Assembly: GCA_964016885.1 (NCBI GenBank)
Contig: OZ024741.1
Location: 318,742,001 to 318,806,000 of the forward strand
DNA length: 64,000 nucleotides
Reading direction: 5' to 3'
DNA from: Eledone cirrhosa
Taxonomy: Eukaryota
Shown: positions 26,351 through 42,260 of the stretch, piece after piece
Position numbering within the stretch: position 1 is the stretch's first letter
Layout of the letters: each line of letters opens with the position of its first letter
Position numbers and translations under genes: made by a program
The notes under the pieces: generated by a model
What the model was told of the DNA's origin: nothing
The model's database searches: none
The model's input: the letters and a program-made list of their open reading frames with translations, nothing else

Positions 26351-26499
26351 TATATCTATAATAAACGAAGCAAAATTTTAAATATTTGACTTAATTATTT
26401 TACATTACTCCGGAGTAACCAAACCAGCCTGCGTACTTCGTCGAGTGCTCCAATCTGCATACTGAGGTGTCGGTAAACAACCAACATATACTCAAAATA

Positions 26500-26575
<76 letters not shown>

Positions 26576-26639
26576 TACGGCGGTGCCCTAGCATGGCCTC
26601 AGCCGGATGGGTGGAACAGGTAAAAGAGTAAAAGAGTAA

Positions 26640-28160
<1,521 letters not shown>

Positions 28161-28189
28161 TGAAAATTAACTCAAACCCTCCCATAAAA

Positions 28190-28835
28190 AGAAGGCAGGA
28201 AGAGAATCCACAGCTAGAGAAAACATAAAGACGAACCCAAAGGCCTTCTTTAAATTTTCAAAACAGAGACCAGGATACGGCCACTTTTCCTTAAATGTGG
28301 CCCACCAACCACAGACCCCGAAGGGATAAGTGAGGTACTGAACTAGCAATATAAATGTGTTTTCCCACCGCCAATGTGACATATAAAATAAATAAGCTAG
28401 ATGAGTTCTTTAGCACCACTGCATTATACAAAGATATGGCAACCATGAACCACATAGATATAACAGCAACTGAATTTGGTCTCATTTAGTCTATGGCTGC
28501 ATAGACGAAATGAGACCAAATTCAGTTGCTGAACCTGATAGTTTCCCTGTAATACTCCAAAAGCATGCAAGCGATCCACTGCAGATCCTCTTCCAAAGAT
28601 CCCTTGCAAGTGGTAAACTACTGGGAAAACTAAAAAGCATATGACCTATACATAAAGGAAAAGTAGAGCAGATGCTAAAAACTACAGACCTGTCTCCCTG
28701 ACCTCACATATCAGCAAAGTCATGGAATGAATTATCAGAAGGAAAGTGATTACTTTTCTAGAAGAAAACGGTCTTTTAACTGACACCCAGCAAGGCTTTC
28801 GCCCGAGTAGAAGTTGCCTTACGCAGTTCTTGCAT
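28190..28835 (+). mobile_element. CR1-like LINE RT-upstream fragment
   Basis: ENIKTNPKAFFKFSK; KNYRPVSLTSHISKVME..RRKVITFLEENGLLTDTQQGFRPSRSCLTQ. Confidence 0.8.
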
Positions 28836-28849
28836 AAGAACATTTAAAG

Positions 28850-29515
28850 AAAGAATATGAATCACTCCTAAAATGTTTACGAACTTTTCTTTCCGTTCCA
28901 GCATGCTTAACTCTGTCAAGCCCAAAATCTTTAACATCGTTCCAAATCTTAGCTCACTATACTACCCTATCTACTGCAAGTGATTCGAGTCTTTTGCGAC
29001 ATAATTTAAGATATTTCAAAGTTGATTTTAAAGAGGCTTTGTATCTTTTCTTCGGCTTACTATTTTTTCTCTTTTCCAGCATAAACTCACCATAAAACTT
29101 TTGCTGCTTGGAAATGCTCTCAACATCTATACGGATGTGAGGGCTTGTCCCTCGTAGTTGATTCCTAATAAATATGGCTTGGATTGATGTGATCCTAGCT
29201 TCAGTGAGAACCTCAGTGTCAGGAAAGAGTGAGGACCGGCTTCTTCTGGGTATGTACTGGAGGCATTTCTAGTGAAATGTTTCCACCATTTTTACATGAC
29301 GCGTGTATATTGTCCAAGTTTCAGAAGAATACAGCAGTGCAGAAAGAACAAATGAGACATATACCAATGACTTAGTGTCAGCTTTGATATGGCACTGTCA
29401 CCGGATTTTAGATTCTAGGCTGCCAAAGGCGTTTCTGGCCTTTTGAAGGCGAGAAGTGATTTCCGTGTCTAAGTTTCTTTCAGTATGTACCAAGCTACTC
29501 AGATATTCAAAAGAA
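28850..29515 (-). mobile_element. Degenerate RTE LINE fragment (RT C-terminal region)
   Basis: Collinear with 15100-15720 (YLGS / FGSLE..LR / LLYSSETW / FYGEF..GKR motifs). Confidence 0.7.
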
Positions 29516-29829
29516 GTCATAATTGTAAGATCGTGAGTTCAATTCACGTTGAACCGGTTCAATCACTTGAAAAAAAATTAGCTGTACCTGCAATCCACAG
29601 AGGCAGCATTGTCATATACTAAATCACACTGAATCTCTTTGAGAATTATGTTGAGTGTACACGTGTCTAAGGAATGTTCAGCCACTTGCACGTTAATTTA
29701 ATGAACAGATACTTCTGTTGTCGAATCAGCTGAAATACTCATCGTCAGGAATGACAGAGATCCAATAATAGAAGGGTGAAGTCCAAACAGAATACCAGTA
29801 TGTCTCGAACCTAACCCTTTTATGACTAT

Positions 29830-30800
29830 ATTTCTAATGGCTTTCAAATAATTATCTAATTATTTCGAAGTTAACTAGATGGTGAATAGTTGACAGCTCA
29901 GCCCTCATATCAACATCATACACAGAATTGAAGAGATCAGAGACAATAGCAACATCAATTATTGACCTCTTGTCCCGATTGCCATTACACCATATATATT
30001 TACGGATGTCTTTGTGCTGGAAGGGGATGATCATAATAGAGAGTCCATAACTAGAACAGAATCTAATAGGGCTTTCCATTCGTATTTAGATCAAAATCGT
30101 TATTCCTTTCAAGCACTCCTTTCCATTTCAAGTGGTCAGTCCAACATATGCAATGAAGTCTTCCATTAGGATATATTACTCAGTCTTAATTACATCTAAC
30201 ACTATGACTTCAACAAGGAAGGGTCTGTATTCAGATTCTCTGTTTAGCACATAAACTTGCATCATCCACAGAAACCTTTCTTTCAGCAGAAGCTTCAAGA
30301 GACAAATCCTACCTCCCAGTGGGATCCATTCCATAACACTTTCTGACAACCGGGGACTTGTGAGTATCCTCACTTCAGACAGCACCATCATTTCTGCCAT
30401 CAATCCTAAAAAGTGGAGTTTCCATCCAAATCTACAGTACTAGAGTCACGGAATTTTGTTGAGAAAACCCCGACTATATCTAGCCGGTAGCATCTGGCTT
30501 CCTCCACTAGATCCTGCTCCTTAACTGTAATGGATGTAACGTTCCATTTGCCAATTGCTAATGTTTGCTCTCTTCCGAACCATCTTTGGGGTTTCGCGAT
30601 ACACAACCTTTGTGCACTCATCCCAAGCTTCCCAGGACAGGTCCCAGATCTGTTGCCAGTCAGTTCTTGTAGCGTTGGATGGAGACTGAAATATATTTTT
30701 CGAGCAAGCCCCTCTACTTAAGGCCTGAACGAATGATATGACTGCCTTTAGTTTTCTTACCAGACAGCAGTGTTTTAGGGGTCTTATTCGCGTCAATCAC
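29830..30800 (-). mobile_element. RTE LINE 5' region with AP-endonuclease remnant
   Basis: TLAIGKWNVTSITVKEQDLVEEARCYRLDIVGV; FQHKDIRKYIW..RSIIDVAIVS..AELSTIHHLV. Confidence 0.8.
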
Positions 30801-31069
30801 CAAAACTAGGCTTTTTAGAGATGGCCTTTACTTGCCTCGTCGTAGCTACATCACTGGGTTGTGAGAATAATTTTCTTGCGAGTTAACAGTGTTACCCCCT
30901 TCTCCATTTCCCTTAATCCTTTACCGCCGTTGGTTCGAGATAGCTTATTCGTCTGGCAGGAGCCCGCTTATATCGCAACTAACCATCATATGCCGTATAG
31001 CTATCCGCCACATGCAACATATTCTCTACTAGTTATCGGTAGCCTGAGACTAGCTAAAGCCAAAAAAGC

Positions 31070-32100
31070 CCACAATTCTGACAGGTCCAATTCGACATAC
31101 AGAAATAAGTGGGAAGTGCTGGCAGATAAGGAAATCAGGACCAAGATATTATGGCATCCAAATTCGGAGGACACCCTGAGCAAACTAAGAACATTGAAAG
31201 GGGCTGGAGACAGTTTAGCTCGTCAGTTTCTGCTTCAGCTGTTAAACGTTGAGGACGAAGTGGCGTCGAGTGGCAGGATGCCTCTTCGTTCAATAAAGAG
31301 GTCAAAAATGCCATCAGAGCAAAGAAGGCTTACAAAATTTGGTTTGGAAATAAGTCCTCCTTCTTGCACTAGCGGTACAACCAGGCACGAAAAGTGGCAA
31401 CAGGGACAGTAAAGGCGTCCAAAGTTAAGACATGGGAGGACTATGGAGCTAAGCTGGAATCTGTTTTTAGATCAGCCAATAAAGTATTCTGGCAGACCAT
31501 CCACCGACTTCGTAATAAAAAGTTCCCTCCACGCCTGCTATCAAGAATGCGTCTGGGTCTCTAGAAAGGCACCTAAACAATGGCAATGGGAAGTAATAAT
31601 CCCAATTTTCCAAAAGGGAGACTGCTCTTTCAAAAAAGAGATTGTTCCAGTTATACAGGATCCTCCTTGTTAAGCCTACCCGGAAAAGTCTATGCTAAGT
31701 GCCTGGCAAAAGTTGTAGGGAGATGGTCGAGTCCAAGCTAACTGACGAATAGGGTGGTTTTCGTTCCGGATGCAGCACAGTAGACCAATTATTCACACTG
31801 CAGTAAGTCTTTGAGGAATCATGAAAATATTGCCAAAAGGTGTATGCTTGTTTCGTAGACCTCGAAAAGGCATATGACCGCGTTCCACGAAACCTGCTGC
31901 GCAAAGTTTTGCAGGAGTATGGGATCGATGGACAGCTTCTTGTTGCTCTAATGTCTCTATAAGAATGCTCTAGTATTTATGTTCGGATAAATGGTGCTAA
32001 GTCGAAATCATTCAATGTGGGTGACGAACTCCGCTAAGGGAGCATACATTCACCTCTCCTGTTCATAATCTTCATCAACAGGATTGTCATGCGCAATCGG
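31070..32100 (+). mobile_element. RTE LINE RT fragment, inverted relative to the adjacent endonuclease part
   Basis: WQWEVIIPIFQKGD; GGFRSGCSTVDQLFTL; CFVDLEKAYDRVPR; SPLLFIIF. Confidence 0.8.
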
Positions 32101-33016
32101 AACAAATATTACAACTCATTTGTCCGACCTTTTAACGACTTTGCCAATCCACCTCCCTACAAAGAAACACAACACGCAATGGTGTGCTTGCAAACGGACA
32201 GCATTTCGAACAATTTAAACAACGATATAAACTTTAAATGAATTATCTACGTATTACTTTGGGGCTGTATAACAGTATTGGTGTACTATAGCGCTGTGTT
32301 AACAATTGTTATGGTGTAATCATGATCACGCTAAAATTAGAGATTAGTTTATAAAGGTAAACCTTCGTTTTAAGATCACGCACAACTTCCGGTAATTTCC
32401 GTGAGTGAAAATAGCGAGTTTTTAAAGAATTGTATAATACATAATCGTAATCTACATCTTTGATAATATAACTTTGCAAAATATGCATTATTAAGAAAGT
32501 TCTGAGGTTTTCAAACAAAACAGTTTCTGTCCACCCAATTTCACTCACAAGACTATAGTAAATAACACTAACCTAAAATGCCATGCATTGGGAGCGAATC
32601 GAGAATCTCATGATTGTGAAGCGAATTACATTTTTTTTATGGTCGTTTGCGTTGGGGCGTACACATTTCAAATTTTTTAATAACACTGACCCAAGATACC
32701 ATGCAGTGGGAGCGAACCAAGGAACTCATGAATGCGAAGCGAACTATTTTTTTTTTTTATGGCCGTTTGCATTGGAGCGTAAACATTTCAAATTTTCACA
32801 ATGCTTCTTAATACAACCACTTTCTTTACAATTCCAGCTACAGACTTAAACTTTTCTAAAAAAGATGGAATTCGATTCCTCAGGGGCGCCACTGTCTACT
32901 TTCTTCAGTCTCCAGGTGTACTTTACCAGATATTCGCAACTATTAATTATAGTAATCAACTATTATTATGTCGGTTGGAACGCGTAATATGGTTATATAC
33001 ATATATATATATATAC

Positions 33017-33093
33017 AGGTTGTCCCCTAAAAATGTCTACACATATCTATTAGAATGCTGTTGAAGTATGTATACATTTTGGGGGGACGCCCT
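33017..33093. mobile_element. Tc1/mariner-like MITE
   Basis: TA-CAGGtTGTCCC...GGGACgCCCT-A; same family as 46340-46438. Confidence 0.7.
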
Positions 33094-33094
33094 A

Positions 33095-33150
<56 letters not shown>

Positions 33151-33629
33151 CAGTATTTTACATGTTTTGTTTTTTAATCAATACATCTTATTACTATAGG
33201 CATAGGCATTCTTCAAGGTAATCATATTGATTCTTATATCTCTATTGTCATTGTTGGTTGTTGTCAATGCAGGCAGTCGTTGACGTTTGGTGGGTTGGCT
33301 TGTCTGCTGGCTGGCGGGTTGGGCGAAACCAACAAAGGAACTATTGTTGCCAAATTGAAGCATAAACAGCACTGTAGAACAGGAGGGGGAAGAAGAAGAA
33401 GAAGAAGAAGAAGAAGAAGAAGAAGAAGAAGAAGAAGAAGAAGAAGAATTGGTAAAATAGAGATAGAATTGGTAAAAATTGATAAAAGAAGTACCAGACT
33501 TCTTATAGATTATATCACTTCTCGGTAGCGCCCCAGCATGGCCGCAGTCTAATTACTGAAACCAGTAAAGCATAGAAGTACATGTACTTATGATAGTATC
33601 ATGACAGTCAGTATATATGTAAAAATGTG

Positions 33630-34105
33630 CGCATGCGTGTGTGTAAGTAAGTATGTGTATGAATGTATGTGTGTGCATGTATGTGTAAATGTATGTATGT
33701 GTGCATGCATGTGTGAATGTATGTATGTGTGTGTGCGCGCGTATGTGTGTGTGTGTGTGTGTGCGTATGTGTGTGTGTGTGTGTGCATGTATGTGTGTGT
33801 GTGTAAGTATGCATGTGTATTAATGTGTGTGTGCATGTATGTGTAAATGTATGTGTGTGTGTAAACGTATGTATATATGCATGCATGTATGTGTGTGCGT
33901 ATGTATGTGTGTGTGCATATATGTGTGTGTGTGCATATATGCGTGTGTGCATATATGTGTGTGTGCCTATATGTGTGCATGTATGTGTGTGTATGCATAT
34001 ATTTTGTGTGTGCATGTATATTTGTGTGTACATGTGTGTCTGCATATGTGTGTGTCCATGTATGTGCGTATGTACATATATGTGTGTGTGTGCATGTATA
34101 TGTAC
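33630..34105. repeat. Degenerate (TG)/(TATG) microsatellite
   Basis: Direct reading. Confidence 0.95.
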
Positions 34106-34255
34106 AGAAAATAGTACTACTAGTCACTGCACACATATTATGTAGAGTGAGGACTTGAAATACATAGAAACAAATAACATAATGTACCCCATGACTTAAA
34201 AATATGTATGACATACAGAAAATAGTATTTCTAGGCACTGCATGCACTGTGCTGA
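34100..34255 (+). mobile_element. Two REL-LINE (R4-like) C-terminal remnants
   Basis: QKIVLLVTAHIL and IQKIVFLGTACTV. Confidence 0.55.
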
Positions 34256-34267
34256 TGGTGGTGACCC

Positions 34268-34410
34268 TAGGGCCAAGAACACCAGATGTCTCCACTGCTA
34301 CGTGCTCGACCGCAAACCTGTCGGAGAGCAACCGATATTTGGAGAGTTTACCCTCCTCGGCCCGAAGTGCAGCAGAGCCTGGGTTAGTCGCAGACTGCAC
34401 CAGGTTGCCG
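34268..34410 (-). mobile_element. CRE-like restriction-endonuclease LINE fragment
   Basis: PGSAALRAEEGKLSKYRLLSDRFAVEHVAVETSGVLGP. Confidence 0.7.
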
Positions 34411-35408
34411 CTAGTGCATACATATTACATAGAGTACTCTTAATACAATGGACACGCAACACTGCACATATCCAAGGCACACAGAGCTGTAATCGGTAAT
34501 GCAATAACAGCACGCAATCAACATAAAACTAATTATTCTTTCTAACACTGAAACAATACCAGTAATATCGGAGGAAGGGGAAAGCCAATTATATCAACTC
34601 CAGTACTTAACTGGTATTTTTTTATTTTATCGACCCTGGAAGGGTGAAATTCGACTTAAGACACAAAGCCAGTAATTTTGGGCGCGGGAAAATCGATTAT
34701 ACTTACCCCAGTAGTTAACTGGTATTTTATTGGCCCTGGGATATGAAAAGTGGGATTTGAACTTAGAACCTAAAGAGTTGGAAAAAATACACAGATTTGG
34801 TGCCAATGTGTTTGTTACCCATTCTCCCAAATAAAATAATTTCAACTTGCAATTTGGTAAGCTAAGAACCTTGTTTTTGATACTAAGAAAATTACAAAAC
34901 CGACATTTTCCACTATACCACCCACACTCACCCATGCCAAATCATGTGTCAGGTCATATAACACCATATGACCCTTTCCACCACTTTGCATATTTCCACA
35001 AAGCTGCTACGCTGCAAATGCGTATAGTGCTTTATTTATTGATCACAGGAAATTATATGTTTTATTTAATTATAGAAATCTATAGAAAACTGATACTTTA
35101 AGGTTCAGTAATGCAAGTCTGCGCCCTAGATGGCTGCTTAATTAGACTTAATGGTAAAGCTGGCCCTAACCGCGAGGCATTTTGTCCGACGCTCTAGCGT
35201 TGCTATCAATGCACAACCTTAAATAAGTGAGAAGAAGAATAACTACATTATATACAGTACACCGGTCTCATCTTCATTCTTTCTCACTAACACGTGAAAC
35301 TGACGGGAAAACAGCTGTTTTATTACTATCCCGCCACAACATCTCTGTCAGGAAACCGTGCAAAATATCCGGTATTTTTTTATGATTATATCCATCTCCG
35401 ACATGGAT

Positions 35409-36490
35409 ATAATAATAATAATAATAATAATTGTTTCTACTTTTGGCACAAGACCAGCAATTATCCCAGTGCATTACTGGTACTTTATTTTATCGACCCT
35501 GTAAGGATGAAAGGCAAAGTTAACCTCGGCGGGATTTGAACTCAGACTGTAAAGGGCCGTAACTCTATACTCCAAAGCATGATATCTGACGCTCTACCAT
35601 GGTTTCAAATTTAGCCACAAGGGCAGCAATCTGGGGGAGAGGGAATGTCGATTAAAATACCAGTGCATTACTGGTACTTTAATTTATCGACCCCGTAAAG
35701 ATGAAATAATAATAATTATTGTTTCTACTTAAACCACAAGACCAGCAATTTGAAGAGGGGGGGGGGGGGTCAATTAAATCGACCCCAGTGTTTTCTGGTA
35801 CTTTTATCGACCCCGTAAGGATGAAATAATAATAATAATTGTTTCTACTTTTGGCACAAGGCTAGCAATTACCCAGTGCATTACTGGTACTTTATTTTAT
35901 CGACCCCGTAAGGATGAAAGGCAAAGTTAACCTCGGCGGGATTTGAACTCAGACCATAAAGGGCCGTAACTCTATGCGTCAAAGCTTGGCGTCCGACCCT
36001 CTACCGATACTGCCAATTCACCGCCCTAATAATAATAATAATGATTTATTTATTCACCACAAAGGGTTTACATTAAGAAAACATTAAGACGGCACAGGAC
36101 GAAAACATAGTGTGTATGTATGTGTGTGTGTGTTGGTTTTGTGTAAAACAGGTTTAACAATAGTAAAAAGAAAGGTAATAATTGTTCGTCTTTTGGCACA
36201 AGGCCAGCAATTAACTCAGTGTTACTGATGCTTTATTTTATCGACTCCGTAAGGATTAAAGGCAAAGTTAACCTCGGCGGGATTTAAACTCAGGCGGTAA
36301 AGGGCCGTAACTCAATGCTACAAAGCATGACGTCCGGTCCTCTACCGATACTGCAATGCACTGCTCAAAGAAAGGTAATAGTAAAATAATTTTATCAATG
36401 GGAAATCCTCAATAGCAAGGCCAGCAATACCCCAGTGCATTACTGGTGCTTTATTTTATCGACCCCGTAAGGATGAAAGGCAAAGTTAAC
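35409..36490 (-). mobile_element. Cluster of about six full or partial Nin/Deu-domain SINE copies
   Basis: Repeated ctggtactttattttatcgaccccgtaaggatgaaa; full copy 35828-36026, near-full 35409-35599 and 36178-36365. Confidence 0.9.
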
Positions 36491-37467
36491 ATAATTTTAA
36501 GTGTGGTTAGTTGATAGCTTTTGTATCGAATTTTGAAGGTGTAATTTATGTTTTTACAGTGTTCTGAACGAATATGGCCTTCAAAACAGTCGTAAATCAC
36601 TGGTTTTCTGTGGTTGCTCCACCCGGAAACTTCATAACACATGTCTCATAGATGGATCTTATGATAAAAATGTATTTACCAAATATCTATTTGTACACAC
36701 ACACATACATTCACACATATACACACACACACACACAATAGCTGCATCTCAGTTTCGAGAATTGCCATCCCTTGACTTTTTTCTCATACATGGGTGGAGC
36801 TTTTAGCACTGGCAAAGACTTCGATTCCTTTCTACAAATGCAGGAACGAAAAAAAAAAAAAAGGCCATGCTCACGCAACACTCGTAAAGGTTGTTGAGAT
36901 CAAGTGATACCTATGATGTCTTTTTAAGTGAAGTGAAGAAAGGCATTGCACTGGACCAATCCCACTCTCCAAACAACGGTGACAGGTATCTAAAAATAAG
37001 AGCCGTAGGTTTTACATCAAAGTGTTCCTTCTCCTAGAATGACGTCATAATAAGGACTAGACGTCTCTCACTCCTGTAAGGCAGTGTCTTTCATTAGGTA
37101 TATGGTAATGAAAAGGGTTAAATACTGATAAAGCTTCGTTGATCACTATTCAATTTAAATCCAAGAATGACCTGTGTTCCAGTTGTTAAAACAACAGAAC
37201 AGCCTCATCGTATGTGACTGAGAATTATACAGATAAATGCACTCTTTAACGTAGTTCTCGGGAGATTCAACATGACAGTAACACGGCTAACGCTTTGAAT
37301 TTCAGGTAGAATCTATATTTTAATATTATAGAAGTGGCTGAGCGTCCGACAGACACGTTTACCCATAACCTAGTTCACATGGACATTCAACATGATACAC
37401 TGTGACACGGCTGGACCCTTTGAATTACAGATACAGCTGATATTGTGTTATAATGGAAGTGGCCATG

Positions 37468-37710
37468 GTTGGTGAATTAGCAGAATCGGTAGAGCATCTG
37501 ATAAAGTGTCATTGCGATATTTACTTATAATTGATTTCATGTTCTGATTACTTATGTTCTGATTTCAAATCCCGCCGAGAACAGCTTTGCCTTTCATCCT
37601 TACGGGGTCGATAAATTAAAGTACCAGTAATACACTGGCGAGATTTAATCGACTTTCCCCTTCCCTTCCCTTCAAATTGATGGTCTTGTGCCAAAAGTAG
37701 AAACCGTTAT
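37468..37710 (+). mobile_element. Nin/Deu-domain SINE
   Basis: Head tggtgaattagcagaatcggtagagc, core gcctttcatccttacggggtcgataaa, tail cttgtgccaaaagtagaaac; 3' fragment at 37830-37920. Confidence 0.85.
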
Positions 37711-38305
37711 AACAGAGGTGACAGAGTGTTCGATAAATGTATTGTTACCCTTAACGTAGTTTTCGGGGCAATTCAGCATCACGTGGTGTGTAACAAAGCT
37801 GGTCCTTTAAATGTTAGGTACAGTCGATCTTGTTTCATCCTCACGGGGGTCGATAAAATAAAGCACCAGTAATGCACTGGAGTAATTTCTGGCCTTGTGC
37901 CAAAAGTAAAAACAATTATAGTGGCGCTGGCCATTCCACAGACACGTGTACTTTTAAAGTAGTTCTCAGGAAAATTCAGCGTAGCACAGTGTGCGACACT
38001 GTTGGTCTTTTGAATTATAGATACAACTCATGTTTGCCAACTGAATGAAATGGAGCGACGTGACTTAAAACACTATTATATACACGTATGTATATATCAG
38101 GAAAATATACTATGAAATAGACGAATCGTATAGAATTGAAATGAAATCGCTATAAAGAGATCATCACACACATATATATTAGGCTTATCATGCGTGCTAC
38201 AAGCTTTTTAATGTGTACAAGTCACTCTCTCTCTCTCCCCCTCTCTCTCTCTCTCTCTCCATATATATATATATATACATACATATATATATATGTGTGT
38301 GTGTG

Positions 38306-38403
<98 letters not shown>

Positions 38404-38637
38404 CATACACTAACTCTGCCTAGCGTGACACCATTCTCAAGAAGTCTAAAATATAACTTGTGACACGAAGTAAAACGAGTGAAGTCAGTGTCTTTATATA
38501 TGTGGTCAAAGTTACACATATGCTTGCCTTATCGGAACTTGTATTGTTAACAACATCTACTATATTTCTTACCAGTTTCTCGATTGCTAGTACAAGGTAC
38601 ACGCTATTAGCTTCTTTTAACATTATCAATACGGGTA

Positions 38638-38719
38638 TTATTCATCCTTACGGGCTCGATAAAATAAAGTACGAGTAATGTACTCGGTAATTGCTGGCCT
38701 TGTGCCAAAAGTAGAAACA

Positions 38720-38750
<31 letters not shown>

Positions 38751-38757
38751 TTATTAT

Positions 38758-38813
<56 letters not shown>

Positions 38814-39002
38814 TTTGGCAGTATCGGTAGAGCGTCGGACAATATGCTTTGCGGCATAGAGTTACGGCATGTCACGATCTGACTTCAAATCCTGCCGAGG
38901 TTAGCTTTGCCTTTCATTCTTATGGAGTCGATAAAATAAAGTACCAGTAACACAATTGGGTCGATTTAATCAACTTTCCCCGCCTACAAAATTGTTGGCC
39001 TT

Positions 39003-39050
<48 letters not shown>
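38638..39050 (+). mobile_element. Two SINE copies with (ATT)n/(AGT)n tails
   Basis: 3' fragment 38638-38760; near-full copy 38815-39003. Confidence 0.85.
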
Positions 39051-39866
39051 CATAACCCATTGTTTTATGTGGCGGTGGGATAAGTAATATACGGTTTCTT
39101 CATCAAATTGTAATAAAACTATGTTTGTGGATAATATATATGTATGTGGTCAGGGCCGGATTTAGAATTTGGGAAGTTTGGGTGGACCCTCATAAACAAA
39201 AAACTAAAATACACAAACCTCCAGGTTGACATTTCAAATTCTGCGAGGCGCATACTATTGGAATTGTCAAGTTATATATATAGATGTTAAATGAAAATAT
39301 CTGACCATCTACATTTTAAGCCACTTTCCGCACTTAAATGTACTTAAAAGCACACACATACACAAATATATATATATTTTTAGTTTCAGAAGATCCCGTT
39401 AAGGGTGAAAGCAGCGATTCTTTGCTTAAACTTTAATCTGTTATTTTAATAAATATATATATATATCACACATACCTACATACACACACAACACATTCTC
39501 ACATAAAACTGGACGACCACATCCCCTTACCTTTTACAACAGCCGTCTGATGTCGCTAAAGTAGAGAAATGTTGATGAATTGCCATTAGTATTTTTGTTA
39601 AATATTGTTTTGGCAACGATTTAATGTCTCTAAAGAAGAAAAATTTCGAGGAATGACCATATGATTGAGATTAAGCATAGTTCTGGTGTGTCTAAAAAAT
39701 AAAATCAAAAACCCCATCAGAAGACTCGCCTTTGACAGTCCCAGGGTACATCTATCTTACGGGGCTCCAGCCTCGTCGATAAGGAACTACGTGTGAGGTT
39801 AGTATGTCCGTATATACACTTAAAACGCACGCGGGACAACCGGTTTTGTGATTGAGTTATCAACTT

Positions 39867-40011
<145 letters not shown>

Positions 40012-40213
40012 AGATGGTGTTCCATTTTGTCAAGAGTTCAAGTTATTTCCAGTGTTTGTATTTGTGTGTGTGTAGTAGTGTAGTATTGACGGTCACGAAA
40101 ATGAGTACTAATACCATAGTAGAGATAACTATCTTGTTTATTAAAGCAAAGTTTAAGTGTTTTGAATCTGAAGGAGCTTTTCCTGTGTACTCACAGGGTC
40201 ATTTGACAAGACT

Positions 40214-40249
40214 AAATTTTCAGGGATGCAGACAGCATATATATATATA

Positions 40250-40346
<97 letters not shown>

Positions 40347-40370
40347 GCTGTCTGCATCCCCTGAAAATTT
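40214..40370. repeat. Palindrome with a mirror-arranged microsatellite core
   Basis: aaattttcagggatgcagacagc-(AT)(GT)(AT)(AC)(AT)-gctgtctgcatcccctgaaaattt. Confidence 0.85.
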
Positions 40371-40624
40371 ATATATATACTGATCGATAAATAGAGAACG
40401 AGAGAGAGAGAGAGAAAGGACACTGACCTTTGGCATAAATGAAAACATTTTAGAGCATTTGACCCCTCCCCAATTTCTTTGTTTTTTGTTTTACTTTTAA
40501 TTGAATTCTAATGAAATGTTTTAGACTGTATTGGCAGAACGTAGCATTCGTGTGTCAGGCAGACAAAAATTACTAATCATTATCAATTAAAAATAAGAAC
40601 TCATTATTATCTATAAATTGTGGC

Positions 40625-41160
40625 TGTTTATTTTCTGAGTTCAAATCCCAGCGACGTCTACTTTGTCTTTCATCCTTCCAAAGTTGATAAAATAAAGTAC
40701 TAATTCGTATAATTAGCAATTAGCCCCTTCCTCTTCCCACCATTACTGCTAAAAAAAAATTGCTAACCTTTAGAAACCATTTACGTTCTGAGTTCAATTC
40801 CCACCAAGGTCAATTTTACCTTTCATTCTTTCGGGGTCGATAAAATAAAGTACCAGTTAAATGCTGAGGTTGATTTAATCAACTTTCCCCTCCCCTCAAA
40901 CTACTGGCCTTATGCCTAAATGAAAAACTATTATCATTTATTAAAATGTTTAAGGATGAGTGGATTGGCAGTATTTGCTGTAGCTTTTTTTTTTACTCTT
41001 TATATTCTGATTTCAAATCCCGCCGCCAATGACAACTTTACTTTTCAAATCCTTCCGAGATCTTTAAATTAAAACACCAGTAATGTACCAGGGTCCATAT
41101 GAGCAATTATTGCCTCTTCCTGCATCCCCACCCCACCCAACAGAATTTCTAGCCTTATGC
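40625..41160 (+). mobile_element. Three older degenerate SINE copies
   Basis: ttctgagttcaa.tccc..c.a.gtc.a.ttt..ctttcat.ctt core repeated three times. Confidence 0.7.
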
Positions 41161-42185
41161 CTGTGTAAGACTATGACATATATGGTAAATAAGATGATAT
41201 GCTATGGCTGTAAGGCATGAATATCACAACTCTGTCCTATGCAAGAAATGAGCCGATGAGGGAGGTTTCTACGTGGTGATTCGCTTCGCTAAAAATAACA
41301 CTCAAAATTCTCTCAAATTACACCACCCTCCTATCGTCATCAAGACGGAAAGGATACATCAGATAATGTAATTCAAGATATACAACAAACAGATGGGATG
41401 GTCATGATTGGAATGCTTTTAGGTTTTTTGGTGTTATGTTTTTCTTTTTGCTCAATCAAAACCCATTCCGGCTAAACAACAATAACCCAGTGAAAAATAA
41501 ATACCTATAATCTATAAGAGGAAGACGACCAACTTTTGATTAATACTTAAAACGTTTGGTGCTAGTGCTGTTGAGAAGCATATGAGTACCACAACATCAC
41601 ATCTCACTTATAAGTATCAGATCTTGTGGTCAAATAAATGTTCGTTAGAATAGTAGTAGATAATTCGAATGAAAAAAAAGAACAATTTTTAGAAAAGTAA
41701 TGGCATTACTAAAAAAAACCTTTGGTATTTAAACCCCAGGTCAGCCGTGGTTAGCAGGCAGACGTATGACTGAAGCCGTTCCAGCCGTGGCCGACCAAAC
41801 CAATATTTATTCCAACACACGATGTGTTTAGAGATTAATTATCCATTGTTATTTGTTGCTGTTGTTGTTTTAGTGTATTTTTCAAAGATGGATATAGTAT
41901 GATTTGAGGGAGATTTGGCTGCTATTTTTTTTTAATAACAGGTCTAGCGACCTCACGTAGATTTTTCCAGAGGGTGGTTTTAGTAAACAAATGGCATCCT
42001 TTAAAATAAACGTTGGTTGTTTAATCCCCTTGTTAGCGGTGGTCAGCAAGCAAACGTATAACCAAAGTCGTTCCCGCCGTGATCGACCAAGCCAATATTT
42101 GTTCAGACAGTGCATTTAAAGAGTAATTATTTTTTTAAGATGGGTATGGTATGATTTGAGGGAGACTTTGCTGCTGTTCTTTAAA

Positions 42186-42260
<75 letters not shown>

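Noticed and set aside
35409-36490. Repeat-spacer appearance resembling a CRISPR array
   Set aside because: Irregular spacing; repeats are SINE cores; eukaryotic context; no cas genes
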